From NCBI GenBank assembly GCA_963801165.1, contig CAWDDT010000005.1, forward strand, positions 602,193-666,192: a stretch of 64,000 nt of DNA, written 5' to 3'. The notes under the pieces were generated by a model that worked only from the letters and a program-made list of their open reading frames with translations, made no database searches and had not been told where the DNA came from. The stretch's first letter is position 1; each line of letters starts with the position of its first letter. Made by a program: the position numbers and the translations under genes. Shown here piece after piece: positions 8,331-16,737 of this stretch. The DNA comes from an uncultured bacterium (lineage in GTDB: Bacteria > Actinomycetota > Acidimicrobiia > Spongiisociales > UBA5794).

Positions 8331-9293
8331 TCATGAGACTCTGGCGCCTTTACGGATGTTGCACCGCAGGTGAGCGGTCCACACGTTGTCCTCAACATGT
8401 CGGCCACCGGCGGCCAACGGGAGTCGGTGGTCCAGGGATGGGCTCTGGGGGTCGGGGTGACGGAGAGCGCGGTCGACGGGGCAGTGACAGAGTTGGCAGG
8501 TCCAACTGTCACGCTCGTAGATGGCGATCGGGTCGATGCGGTCAACCCCTCCGTCTGTTCCGGCCATGCGCTGCCGTCGTGCGTGGCGAGCAGTTGAGGC
8601 GGACGCACGGTTCAGGGCCTTAGAGCGTTGGGAGAATGCCGAAGTCCATAGCGTCGGGATCTCCTCGGCCACGCAGATCGGGGCGGACCAGGAGTAGCTC
8701 CGGCCGTCCTCATCGAGGTCTCGGAAGGTCTCCCACGTCCAGATCCAGCGCTTACCTTCGTGGGTGAAGAAGGTCCGGACTGGGATCTGGTCCCCGGCGG
8801 GATCGAGACACAGGAACCAGATGCCGCCGACTAGGCCGTCGGTCGTTGCGCCGACGATTGCGTGAGCCCGGGTGTTGTGGTGCAGACACACCGCCGCCTC
8901 GTGTTCCTCGTCACCGAGGAGATAGGGCTCACGGGGCAGGTACAGCGTCACCGAGCCATGGCGCTCGACCACATCGCCAACGAGTGGTGCCCAGCCGAGG
9001 AACTCGTATGGGAACTCGGCAGCTGGATCAGTGCCGAAGACCACGCCGCCCGGATCATGCACCAGGGGGGTCGGTGTCGGCGTCGTCAGCGTGCCGCGGG
9101 TTACGCTGCGCCTGAGACGCCGGCGGAGGTTCGCGTTGCACTGGGGCGAGCACACGTGCCGGTCGCGCTGCTTCCAGTAGGCGCCGGGCGGGATGGGCAA
9201 ACCGCATTGGACGCAGGGTTCCCCACCGGTTGCTCGTCCGTCGGGATGGAGTAGTTGCTCGTCATGCCATTCCCAGTAGGTGGAGTCGCCCAT
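8331..9293 (-). CDS. HNH endonuclease with N-terminal Cys-rich zinc-finger-like segment
   Basis: C-terminal IYERDSWTCQLC...DHRLPLAAGGRHVEDNVWTAHLRCNIRKG; N-terminal CVQC...CSPQC; start chosen at ATG 9293 (GATACT 6 nt upstream). Confidence 0.8.
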   Translation of the reverse strand: MGDSTYWEWHDEQLLHPDGRATGGEPCVQCGLPIPPGAYWKQRDRHVCSPQCNANLRRRLRRSVTRGTLTTPTPTPLVHDPGGVVFGTDPAAEFPYEFLGWAPLVGDVVERHGSVTLYLPREPYLLGDEEHEAAVCLHHNTRAHAIVGATTDGLVGGIWFLCLDPAGDQIPVRTFFTHEGKRWIWTWETFRDLDEDGRSYSWSAPICVAEEIPTLWTSAFSQRSKALNRASASTARHARRQRMAGTDGGVDRIDPIAIYERDSWTCQLCHCPVDRALRHPDPQSPSLDHRLPLAAGGRHVEDNVWTAHLRCNIRKGARVS

Positions 9294-9327
9294 GCGACCA
9301 GTATCGCGTCTAGGCGTCGGCGCACAA

Positions 9328-9584
9328 GGGCGCTGGTGGCTCTTCTCGGGGCGTCGAGCGAGCACGAGGGCCGCGGGCTCGGCGCCGGTCTCCTCGCCGA
9401 CGCCATCAGCCGGGCGGCGCAGCTCGGCACCGAGATCGGATGCCGGGGCTTGCTGGTTCACGCCGAGACACCTCAGGCCCGCGACTTCTACCTCTATCTC
9501 ATCCCCGAGTTCGAGCCGTCACCGACCGACGCCCTCCATCTCGTCTTGCTCATGAAGGACATCCTCAGAACCCTCCACGACTGA
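9328..9584 (+). pseudogene. 3' fragment of a TacT/AtaT-type GNAT toxin
   Basis: HEGRGLGAGLLADAI...IGCRGLLVHAET..ARDFY...FEPSPTDALHLVLLMKDI; N-terminal half and antitoxin missing; left boundary approximate. Confidence 0.7.
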
Positions 9585-9769
9585 CGCCCGGCCGTGAGCA
9601 CGGCGAGCAGTCTTCCGCATCTCGGGGCGCGCTGGGGGCGCGGGAGAATGAAAAACGATGCAAACCACTGGGAGATGACCAATGATGATGAGTGGTCGAA
9701 AACCTCTGTGCCATAACGGTTTTCGGCATTATCGCCAGCTATTTGGCGACTTCCGAGAAACGCCCCGAA

Positions 9770-9828
9770 CGGTCTTGAAAACCGTTGAGGTAATACCTCC
9801 GTGGGTTCGAATCCCACTCCCTCCGCCA
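9770..9828 (+). mobile_element. 3' half of tRNA-Ser(TGA): probable att junction at the right end of an integrated island
   Basis: Anticodon arm CGGT-CTTGAAA-ACCG, long variable arm, T arm GTGGGTTCGAATCCCAC, CCA end; no 5' acceptor strand or D arm; GGGGCGCG direct repeats at about 9623-9642. Confidence 0.85.
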
Positions 9829-9830
9829 GC

Positions 9831-9857
9831 GAAAAGTCCTGCTACACAGGGCTTTTC
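9831..9857 (+). terminator. Hairpin terminator after the tRNA-Ser 3' end
   Basis: GAAAAGTCCTG-CTACA-CAGGGCTTTTC. Confidence 0.6.
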
Positions 9858-9978
9858 ACTGCATGCGGGTCGATCGTTAGCACCGCACCAGCAGGCCCGA
9901 TTGGCGCGCGGGGCAGCTCCGAACCCTGCATCGGGGGGCCTATCGACGTATGACAATTCGTGATACCATGCCCCCGGC

Positions 9979-10218
9979 ATGGCTCGAGCAATATCTGTAC
10001 GACTCGACGATGAAGCGCTTCACGCTCTAGGCCAGCTCGAAGCGGCTGGCATGACCCGTTCCGAAGCGATCCGGGCGGCATTGGTTGAGGCTGCGTCGCG
10101 ACGCCGCGAAAAACAGGCGCTGGCAGCGGAAGTTGCCGCTCTCGAAGCCGACGAAGATGACCGGGCCGAGATGGCGGCAGTGGCCGACCTCATGGAGAGC
10201 CTCCGTGCAGCGGGGTGA
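9979..10218 (+). CDS. RHH antitoxin (MazE partner)
   Basis: AISVRLDDE...MTRSEAIRAAL; overlaps the toxin start. Confidence 0.85.
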   Translation: MARAISVRLDDEALHALGQLEAAGMTRSEAIRAALVEAASRRREKQALAAEVAALEADEDDRAEMAAVADLMESLRAAG

Positions 10219-10522
10219 CATCTTTGACCTGCGGCTCCCTAAGGGAGTCGATCATGAACAGCGCGGGAAGCGCTTTGGCGTGGTGGTGCAATCGGATGCG
10301 TTTCTTCCGCGGTCGGTGATTTTGGTTGCCCCGACTTCCGCGAGCGCCAAGGCAGCATCGTTCCGGCCTGAGATCGAGATCGAAGGCTCATCGACCCGGG
10401 TTCTTGTTGAACAAGTCGGCGGAGTCGATATCAACCGGCTCGGAGACCTAGCCGGTCACCTCACTTCGGAAGAACAATGGGGTATCGACAACGCTCTGCT
10501 AACGGTTCTCGGACTGACCTAG
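10205..10522 (+). CDS. mazF: PemK/MazF-family endoribonuclease toxin
   Basis: GTG start; QRGDIF...HEQRGKRFGVVVQSD...VAPTS...VLVEQV..VDINRL. Confidence 0.88.
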   Translation: MQRGDIFDLRLPKGVDHEQRGKRFGVVVQSDAFLPRSVILVAPTSASAKAASFRPEIEIEGSSTRVLVEQVGGVDINRLGDLAGHLTSEEQWGIDNALLTVLGLT

Positions 10523-10574
10523 CCGAGCCGACCACCAAGTCCCGGGCGGAAACGAGTTGGTGTCGAGTTCCCTG

Positions 10575-10752
10575 CATCAACAAGCTACAGCAACAACTAG
10601 ACCGGTGCGGGCGGTATCAGCCCGGGGACCGGTCCTCGTCAACAACCGACACGATCACAAGACGTGCTGTCGATATCGACCCACCAAAGCAGCCGACCGA
10701 TGTTTCCTATGTCTCGCGACATGCCGTTCCCATGTCCTGAAACAGAGCACCA
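10575..10752 (+). mobile_element. IS481-family relic (deleted transposase 3' end and right end)
   Basis: Translates as KLQQQLDR...DIDP...VSYVSRH; repeated TGTCTCGCGACA / TGTCCTGAAACA motifs typical of IS481 ends; boundaries approximate. Confidence 0.55.
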
Positions 10753-10867
10753 CTCCGTCCGTAGTAGAAGCCCAGCATCAGCTGGGCTTCTACTGGTCTT
10801 CGGTTGATGGGATAGAGAATGGCGGTCGCCGGTCTGGCTTGTGATTCTGCGTCCCTGGCGCCGGTCC

Positions 10868-12571
10868 TCAGTCGCCGCTCTGTAGGGCGTGGAGGTCTGC
10901 CACGACGCGATTCGAGAGTTCGGTGACCGTCTGATAGGCCCGGTCTGCACCTGCGTTGTCGCCTGAGGTCTTTGCGGTGATGACCGCATGGATCTGCTCG
11001 TGGAGGGATTGATGGTTCTGCTCCAGCGACTTCATCTCAGGTCGATTGCCGTAAGTCTTGATACCCATGCTGTAGAGCCATAGTCCCAACTCGCAGTCGG
11101 TGTGGGAGGCGACATCCTCTCGGTGGAGCTCTTCTGTGCCCCGCAGGTAGTCACGGATTCGTGCCTTCCATGCCTGGTGAGCGGATATTGCTGCAGCGAA
11201 GTCCAGAGAGCCGTCTCCGAATGTGAAGCCGCGGAGCGCGGCTGCCAGCTCACGTGAGCTCTTTGCGAGGTCCTGAGCGGTGTGCCCAATCTCTGTGGAG
11301 GATGCGGCCAGTTCCTCCGACGACGCTGCTACCTCCTCCGCGGTAGCCGAGTTCGATTCGGCGACAACAACGAGGTCCTTGACGGCAAGCCCGATCGACT
11401 CCGTGGATCCGGAGATCGAAGTCGTCGCCGTACTGAGCTCGCGGACCCTGGTTTCCATCGAGGTCACCGCGTCGACAATGTTGCTAAAAGCGCTTCCGGC
11501 GTCGCCGATGATTTGAGCGCCCTGGTCCACATCTGCCTGGCCCGAGCCGGTAGCCCGCTTGGCGTCGGCGACCGATTCTCGGATCGACCCCACCAGATCC
11601 GCGATCTGCTCGGTCGATCGCGCCGACTCTTCGGCAAGAGCTTTCACCTCGGCGGCAACGACAGCGAAGCCGCGACCGGCATCGCCGGCGCGCGCAGCTT
11701 CGATGGCGGCGTTCAGGGCAAGAAGGTTGGTCTGCTCTGCTATCGACCGTATCAGGTCGACTATCTCCTCCACCTTGGTGGAACGACTGCCCAACTCGAG
11801 GACGGTGTCGGCGACATCCCGAAACGAGGACGTAATTCGCTCCATCGCCCCGATTGCCTCATTGAGCTTCGCCTTCCCAGACTCCGCCGTCTCCTCCGCC
11901 TGCTGGGATGTGTCGAGAACCTGGCGAACGGCCTCTACCGCGGCGGTGACGGTTTGCCCGATATCGGCCACGTGATTGGCCACCCGGTCCGTGACCGCCG
12001 CCTGGGACACGGCGCCGTCCGCCACGGAGGTGATCGCATTCGCTACTTCGTTGGAAGCCTGTTTCGATTCGTCGGATGCCTCTGCCAGCGCGTCGGAGCC
12101 ATCTTGAACCCGACGACTGATATCGGCTGCCAGCCCGATGATGGACCGCAGGCCCACGGTCATCTCGTCGAACGCGCCGCTGAGGTCGGATAGAGCACTG
12201 CTAATGTCGCCCGAGACGTCGGAAATCGTCGCCTCGTCAAAGTCGATCTGGGCGTTGAGGTTCCCCCTCGCCACATCCCGGATTGCCCCGACGAGCTTCT
12301 CTATCTCACTCGACAGTGCTTGTCCGCTTGCGGCCGAGGAGCTGCCGGCGATTCTCTGCAACACCAAGACGCGGATCAGCATGATCCCAAGGCCGGTGAC
12401 CAGAGACGCAGCTAGTACCGCCGTCCAGGTGATGCTCCGACCAGCGATCAGGTAGGCTACCCCTGGTGTGATCAGCAACGGGGCGAAGCCGGCGGCACGC
12501 AGCCATGCACGCACACCGCTCGGATATTCACGTCCAGAAGCCCCCCGACTCGGTCGATCACCCACACTCAT
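10868..12571 (-). CDS. Methyl-accepting chemotaxis protein with HAMP and C-terminal CZB zinc-binding domain
   Basis: [20 protein letters not shown]; C-terminal H..WK...[12 protein letters not shown]...H..LH; two TMs with no periplasmic domain; GGAG RBS before ATG 12571. Confidence 0.9.
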   Translation of the reverse strand: MSVGDRPSRGASGREYPSGVRAWLRAAGFAPLLITPGVAYLIAGRSITWTAVLAASLVTGLGIMLIRVLVLQRIAGSSSAASGQALSSEIEKLVGAIRDVARGNLNAQIDFDEATISDVSGDISSALSDLSGAFDEMTVGLRSIIGLAADISRRVQDGSDALAEASDESKQASNEVANAITSVADGAVSQAAVTDRVANHVADIGQTVTAAVEAVRQVLDTSQQAEETAESGKAKLNEAIGAMERITSSFRDVADTVLELGSRSTKVEEIVDLIRSIAEQTNLLALNAAIEAARAGDAGRGFAVVAAEVKALAEESARSTEQIADLVGSIRESVADAKRATGSGQADVDQGAQIIGDAGSAFSNIVDAVTSMETRVRELSTATTSISGSTESIGLAVKDLVVVAESNSATAEEVAASSEELAASSTEIGHTAQDLAKSSRELAAALRGFTFGDGSLDFAAAISAHQAWKARIRDYLRGTEELHREDVASHTDCELGLWLYSMGIKTYGNRPEMKSLEQNHQSLHEQIHAVITAKTSGDNAGADRAYQTVTELSNRVVADLHALQSGD

Positions 12572-12691
12572 AAAGGCTCCAGCCTGTAGATTCTGGCGCT
12601 TCCGGTGTGGAAAGCCCATATCTCGTGTCGGCACCATGCCACGATCGTTAAGAAATCCAGATGAGAACCCCACACTGAGTGATGCCACTGA

Positions 12692-12819
12692 GAAAAAGCC
12701 GCGCGGCGGCTCATGGGAAAGAGTCGCCGCGCATGGTGCGGGACGCGGCGCCCGGCCCGTCTCGACCCGGGAAGGTGGCCGGGCCGGGCACCGCGTCTTT
12801 TTTGCCGGGTGAGTTTCAC
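12692..12819 (-). ncRNA. Candidate two-hairpin small RNA complementary to the RBS of the divergent gene at 12923
   Basis: 18-bp stem (12742-59/12780-97) with a 20-nt loop; 12-bp stem (12701-12/12721-32) followed by U5 on the minus strand; ECF-like promoter upstream; strand uncertain because a T6 tract also follows hairpin 1 on the plus strand. Confidence 0.45.
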
Positions 12820-12825
12820 CCCGTT

Positions 12826-12890
12826 ATTGCCCGATGCCGGGATTCAGGTTCCGACTGGCTGACGGAACCCGAATCCGGGGGGCGGGCAAT
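12826..12890. promoter_or_regulatory. Back-to-back twin ECF-type promoters GGAACC-N13-CGGGCAAT
   Basis: Plus: GGAACCcgaatccggggggCGGGCAAT (12864-12890); minus: GGAACCtgaatcccggcatCGGGCAAT (12852-12826); identical spacing. Confidence 0.55.
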
Positions 12891-12922
12891 TGAAGGAAAG
12901 GCCGATCCGGGAAGGTGGCGAG

Positions 12923-13474
12923 ATGTTTGGTTCGAAGAGAACTATCGCGGTCTTGTTCATGGTTGTTGTTGCGGTGCTGGCAGGTGTCGGGACTGCCGCG
13001 GGCGCCGAGCCTGCCGATGAGCATTGTGTCGTCGAGGTCATCGATCAGTTGGATACGGGCGAATTCGTGCTCTCCGATCCGGTCTGTTTCGGCACGTTCG
13101 CTGAGGCAGCGTGGTTCGCCTCGTCGGGTGCGGTTGCTCTCGACAGCGACGTTACACCCGCCGATCTGGCGCACCTGCCTGTGATCGCCGTCGTCCTCTC
13201 GACGTTCACACTCGGGGTCCACTACGACGGGTACAGCGGTGGCGGCTCCTCGATCAGCGTCGTCGGCTCATCTTGCTCCGGGGGATATTGGAATACACCG
13301 CCGGCGTGGGACAACCGGATCTCATCGACGTGGAACGGCTGCTATCGGGTCAAGCACCACGATCACCCGGCCATGGGAGGCGCCTACCGGTCGACGGTCG
13401 GCACCGGCTCGGTCCACAACGTTCCGTCGGCGTTGGACAACAAGGCGGAGTCCATCTCCTACTGGAGTAGCTGA
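12923..13474 (+). CDS. Secreted protein, I36/beta-gamma-crystallin-like (homologue of 757-1356)
   Basis: Signal peptide ending AGA; C..PVCF.T..EA, HYDGYSGGG, WDNRISS, LDNKAESI. Confidence 0.75.
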   Translation: MFGSKRTIAVLFMVVVAVLAGVGTAAGAEPADEHCVVEVIDQLDTGEFVLSDPVCFGTFAEAAWFASSGAVALDSDVTPADLAHLPVIAVVLSTFTLGVHYDGYSGGGSSISVVGSSCSGGYWNTPPAWDNRISSTWNGCYRVKHHDHPAMGGAYRSTVGTGSVHNVPSALDNKAESISYWSS

Positions 13475-13504
13475 GCCCGAGGGTAGACCGGCGAGAATGA
13501 CGTA

Positions 13505-14092
13505 GTGGAGGACATGAACGACGGCGAGGTGATGCGATCGTCTGTTGACGATCCCGCCGCGTTCCATATCGTGTTCGACCGTTATCACGCCCGGATTTTC
13601 TCGTATCTGGCAGCACGAGTAGGGCCGTCCGACGCCGAGGATCTCGCCAGCGAGGTCTTTGTTGCCGCGTTCCGGCAACGGGCGAAGTTCCGGGAAGACG
13701 CGGTCAGCGCCGCGCCGTGGCTGTACGGGATCGCGGCAAATCTCGCGCGGCGGCACCACCGATCGAAAGCACGTCGTCGGCGCGCCCACGGCCGGGCGCC
13801 GGCCGATGGCGGCATCTGGTTCGATCCCGACCGCGATGCGCAGATTGACGCCGCCCGCCGGATCGAGCTACTCCGCAGCGAGCTCAACCGGCTCCGCGAG
13901 AAAGACCGCGAGGTCCTGTTTCTCTATGCGTTGGCGGACCTCTCCTATGCCGAGATCGCCGAAGCGCTCGACATCCCGGTAGGGACGGTGCGCTCACGGC
14001 TGTCACGTACGCGGGAGAGGCTCCGGAACCTATTACCCGACGAGGGGAAAGACAAGGGTGAGGGTACCGCCGAGTACGGGGGAGGTGAATGA
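13505..14092 (+). CDS. ECF RNA polymerase sigma factor
   Basis: DAEDLASEVFVAAF, PWLYGIAANL, LSYAEIAEALDIPVGTVRSRLSR. Confidence 0.93.
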   Translation: MEDMNDGEVMRSSVDDPAAFHIVFDRYHARIFSYLAARVGPSDAEDLASEVFVAAFRQRAKFREDAVSAAPWLYGIAANLARRHHRSKARRRRAHGRAPADGGIWFDPDRDAQIDAARRIELLRSELNRLREKDREVLFLYALADLSYAEIAEALDIPVGTVRSRLSRTRERLRNLLPDEGKDKGEGTAEYGGGE

Positions 14093-15084
14093 TGACAGCA
14101 GAACGCGATCCGCTTCGGGACATATTCGACGGTCTTGTCGATATGAGGCAGCCGACGCCCGGCCAAACCGAATCAGCGCGACAGACTCTGGTTGCGGTCA
14201 TTCAATCAACCCCCGCCCGTAGGCAGCCACGGCTCCGTCGCCTCGTCCCGGCTGCCGCCGTGGCTGTTATTGCCCTCGTGATCGCTTTGGTCGCGGCAGC
14301 GCCGTGGAGCCGTACGCCCGCAGAGGCTTTCCTCGGAGAGATTGCCGAAGCGGCTCGAACTATCTCGCCCCAGGAGATGCCCGAGGGTTCGTACATCTAC
14401 TTCGTCAGGAACGAGGTGATCTTGACAGGGAAGGACGAGCCGATTGGGAATACCCTGGTGGACATTGACTACTTGCTTCCCGATCGGACTGAGAACTGGT
14501 GGCAGGGCCAGACGGTAGAGAGCAAGACGAGCGTGGGTGAGCCGATCTTCTTCAGCCCGGAAGATAAGGCCACCTACTATGACAACGGAGTGGACCAGAT
14601 CGATGCGGTGGGTCAGACGAGGACTCAGACACTGACGGGTGTCGCGGACTGGGTGGGCGAGACTGATTGGTCGATCGACCCGGATCAGCTGGCCATCCAG
14701 ATGAGGGAGGCAGCGGAGGCAGACCACGGCGAACAACCGATCGACGTCAAGATGATGAATCTGGCAGCCAGGATCCTCGATCCGAAGCTTGTGGCCCCAC
14801 CGGCGCTACGTGCCGCGGTTCTAGACGTCCTGGGGACGCTCGATCTCGACCAAGCCCGGCTCGACGGTGGACGTGTTTCGGCTTCGACCACGTACGAGGA
14901 TCGCTACTACGGGACCGTCACCATGGAGCTCGTTTTCGACGGCGACGGCTACCTGGTCGGTCGGCAGGAGACGACAACGACCGGCGACCGGGAAGGGTCC
15001 ATCCCTCCGGGCACGTCGTATGCAACTATCACGTACTCGCCGCCGGTGAGTGTTGCCGCACCGGGAGTTCGGCCTTCTCCATGA
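14089..15084 (+). CDS. CU044_5270-like membrane protein, probable anti-sigma factor
   Basis: ATGA overlap with sigma; RRLVPAAAVAVI TM, GSYIY, E.WW, APPALRAA motifs. Confidence 0.7.
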   Translation: MMTAERDPLRDIFDGLVDMRQPTPGQTESARQTLVAVIQSTPARRQPRLRRLVPAAAVAVIALVIALVAAAPWSRTPAEAFLGEIAEAARTISPQEMPEGSYIYFVRNEVILTGKDEPIGNTLVDIDYLLPDRTENWWQGQTVESKTSVGEPIFFSPEDKATYYDNGVDQIDAVGQTRTQTLTGVADWVGETDWSIDPDQLAIQMREAAEADHGEQPIDVKMMNLAARILDPKLVAPPALRAAVLDVLGTLDLDQARLDGGRVSASTTYEDRYYGTVTMELVFDGDGYLVGRQETTTTGDREGSIPPGTSYATITYSPPVSVAAPGVRPSP

Positions 15085-15121
15085 GGTCCAGCCTTCGGCA
15101 TGAGTTGTCGCCGGTTGAATT

Positions 15122-15163
15122 GAGCAAAGTTCTATATATACTAGAATAATATAGAGTTTGCTC
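15122..15163. promoter_or_regulatory. AT-rich imperfect inverted repeat enclosing a -10-like box (operator)
   Basis: GAGCAAAGTTCTATAT...ATATAGAGTTTGCTC around TATACT/TAGAAT. Confidence 0.5.
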
Positions 15164-15186
15164 CCGGTTCCCGAAAGGTTGGAATC

Positions 15187-16320
15187 ATGAAGAGGTTCGT
15201 CCCGACGGTAGCGCTTTGCTGTCTGGTTGCCTCGTGCGCGGACTCCGGTGGTCCGGCGACGACAACTTCATCCACGCCGTCATCATCAACCACAGCCACG
15301 ACGACGACCGTCGCGACCACGACAACCACCCAGGCACCGCCCTCGACGGCAGCGCCGGCAGAAGCGGTGAGGGAGGTCACCTTCATGTCGGGAGACCTCG
15401 AGCTGTCCGGCACCCTGCGGCTCCCGGAAGAGGGCAACGCTCCCGGGGTGGTCCTCATTCACGGGAGCGGTCCGAACACCCGCGACGAGGCGGTGAGCGG
15501 GCAGATCAACATGAGCTTCGGTTTCGAGATCCCCGTCTTCGTCGAGCTCGGAGATGCTCTCCAGCAGGCCGGATTTGCGGTTCTCACTTACGACAAAAGG
15601 ACGTGCGGCCCCTTCAACGGATGCGGCGACAACGGCTATCCGGTTCCGGGCGACGATCTGGTCATCGACGATTTTGTCGCCGACGCGGGGGCCGCGGTTG
15701 CGTTCCTCCGAGAGCAGCCGGAGGTTGACCCGTTCCGGGTCTCGGTCGTTGGCCACAGCCAGGGCGGCGAGTTCATACCCGTGTTGCTGCAGGCCGATCC
15801 CAAACTGGCAAGCGGGGCGATGCTGTCCGGCCCCTACCGGCCCATCGATCAGCTGATTGAGTTCCAGTACACGTCGTCAATCGACCTGCTGGAGTCCCTC
15901 GGCATGACAAAGGATCAGGCGATGGCTGCGCCGGGGATGTCGGATCTGGCGGCGACCTTGGAGGGTCTGCGACAGATCCGCGATGGGAGCGACGAAGCTG
16001 TGGCCGGGGTGTCTGCGACCTTCTGGAACAGCTGGTTCGACCTCGACGAGGCGAAGCTGAATGCGGCGGCAAACCTCACCCAGCCGGTTCTCGTAGTCGG
16101 TGGCGACTACGACTGGAACGTGCCGCCCGAGGAGGCCCAGTCCTGGGACCAGTTGTTCACCGAGTCCGGGGTCGCGCACACAACGGCGATCCTGGACTGC
16201 GTAACCCATGCGCTCAACTGCGTGACTGAGACAGATCTCACCGCGATCTCGGCCGACGACATCGGCGCACATGTGGCGGATGGGGTGACCAGCGCACTCA
16301 TTGAGTTCTTGTCGCGATAG
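15187..16320 (+). CDS. Lipoprotein alpha/beta hydrolase
   Basis: Lipobox VASC, Thr-rich linker, IHGSGP, GHSQG nucleophile elbow. Confidence 0.88.
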   Translation: MKRFVPTVALCCLVASCADSGGPATTTSSTPSSSTTATTTTVATTTTTQAPPSTAAPAEAVREVTFMSGDLELSGTLRLPEEGNAPGVVLIHGSGPNTRDEAVSGQINMSFGFEIPVFVELGDALQQAGFAVLTYDKRTCGPFNGCGDNGYPVPGDDLVIDDFVADAGAAVAFLREQPEVDPFRVSVVGHSQGGEFIPVLLQADPKLASGAMLSGPYRPIDQLIEFQYTSSIDLLESLGMTKDQAMAAPGMSDLAATLEGLRQIRDGSDEAVAGVSATFWNSWFDLDEAKLNAAANLTQPVLVVGGDYDWNVPPEEAQSWDQLFTESGVAHTTAILDCVTHALNCVTETDLTAISADDIGAHVADGVTSALIEFLSR

Positions 16321-16329
16321 TCGAACCGG

Positions 16330-16668
16330 TTAGTCGGTGACCTCTGCCCAGTCGTCGTTGCTGCGGAACAGCCCCGCGGTGAGCCGGTGGAATGTCTCCC
16401 GCGGAGACTCCTCAGCGGGCGCGAAACGGTGATTGCGTAGCACCTCGGTGCCCGCGGCCACCAGCACCATATATCCGGTTAGGGCAAAGACGATGTTGAC
16501 GGAAAAGAGCATCACCAGGAAAACGCCGAGCATCGTGGCGAGCGCAAGACGCACCCGCTGTGCCATGGGCAGGCTGGGACCGGCGTTCATCCTGGCGACG
16601 AACGCCGCATCGCTTTCGGCGAAGTCGGCTTCGAGCGCTTCGAGAATCTCGATTTCTTCACGGTTCAT
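16330..16668 (-). CDS. DUF3040-like membrane protein
   Basis: MNREEIEILEALEADF..SD..F then two TMs; RBS AAGAGG. Confidence 0.65.
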   Translation of the reverse strand: MNREEIEILEALEADFAESDAAFVARMNAGPSLPMAQRVRLALATMLGVFLVMLFSVNIVFALTGYMVLVAAGTEVLRNHRFAPAEESPRETFHRLTAGLFRSNDDWAEVTD

Positions 16669-16737
16669 GTTCAGCCTCTTGGTGGCGCTGCAGTCCCTGT
16701 CGGCACGAGGCGCCACCACGAAAGCCAAACGCACGGT

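Noticed and set aside
9770-9828. Functional tRNA-Ser(TGA)
   Set aside because: 5' acceptor strand and D arm are absent
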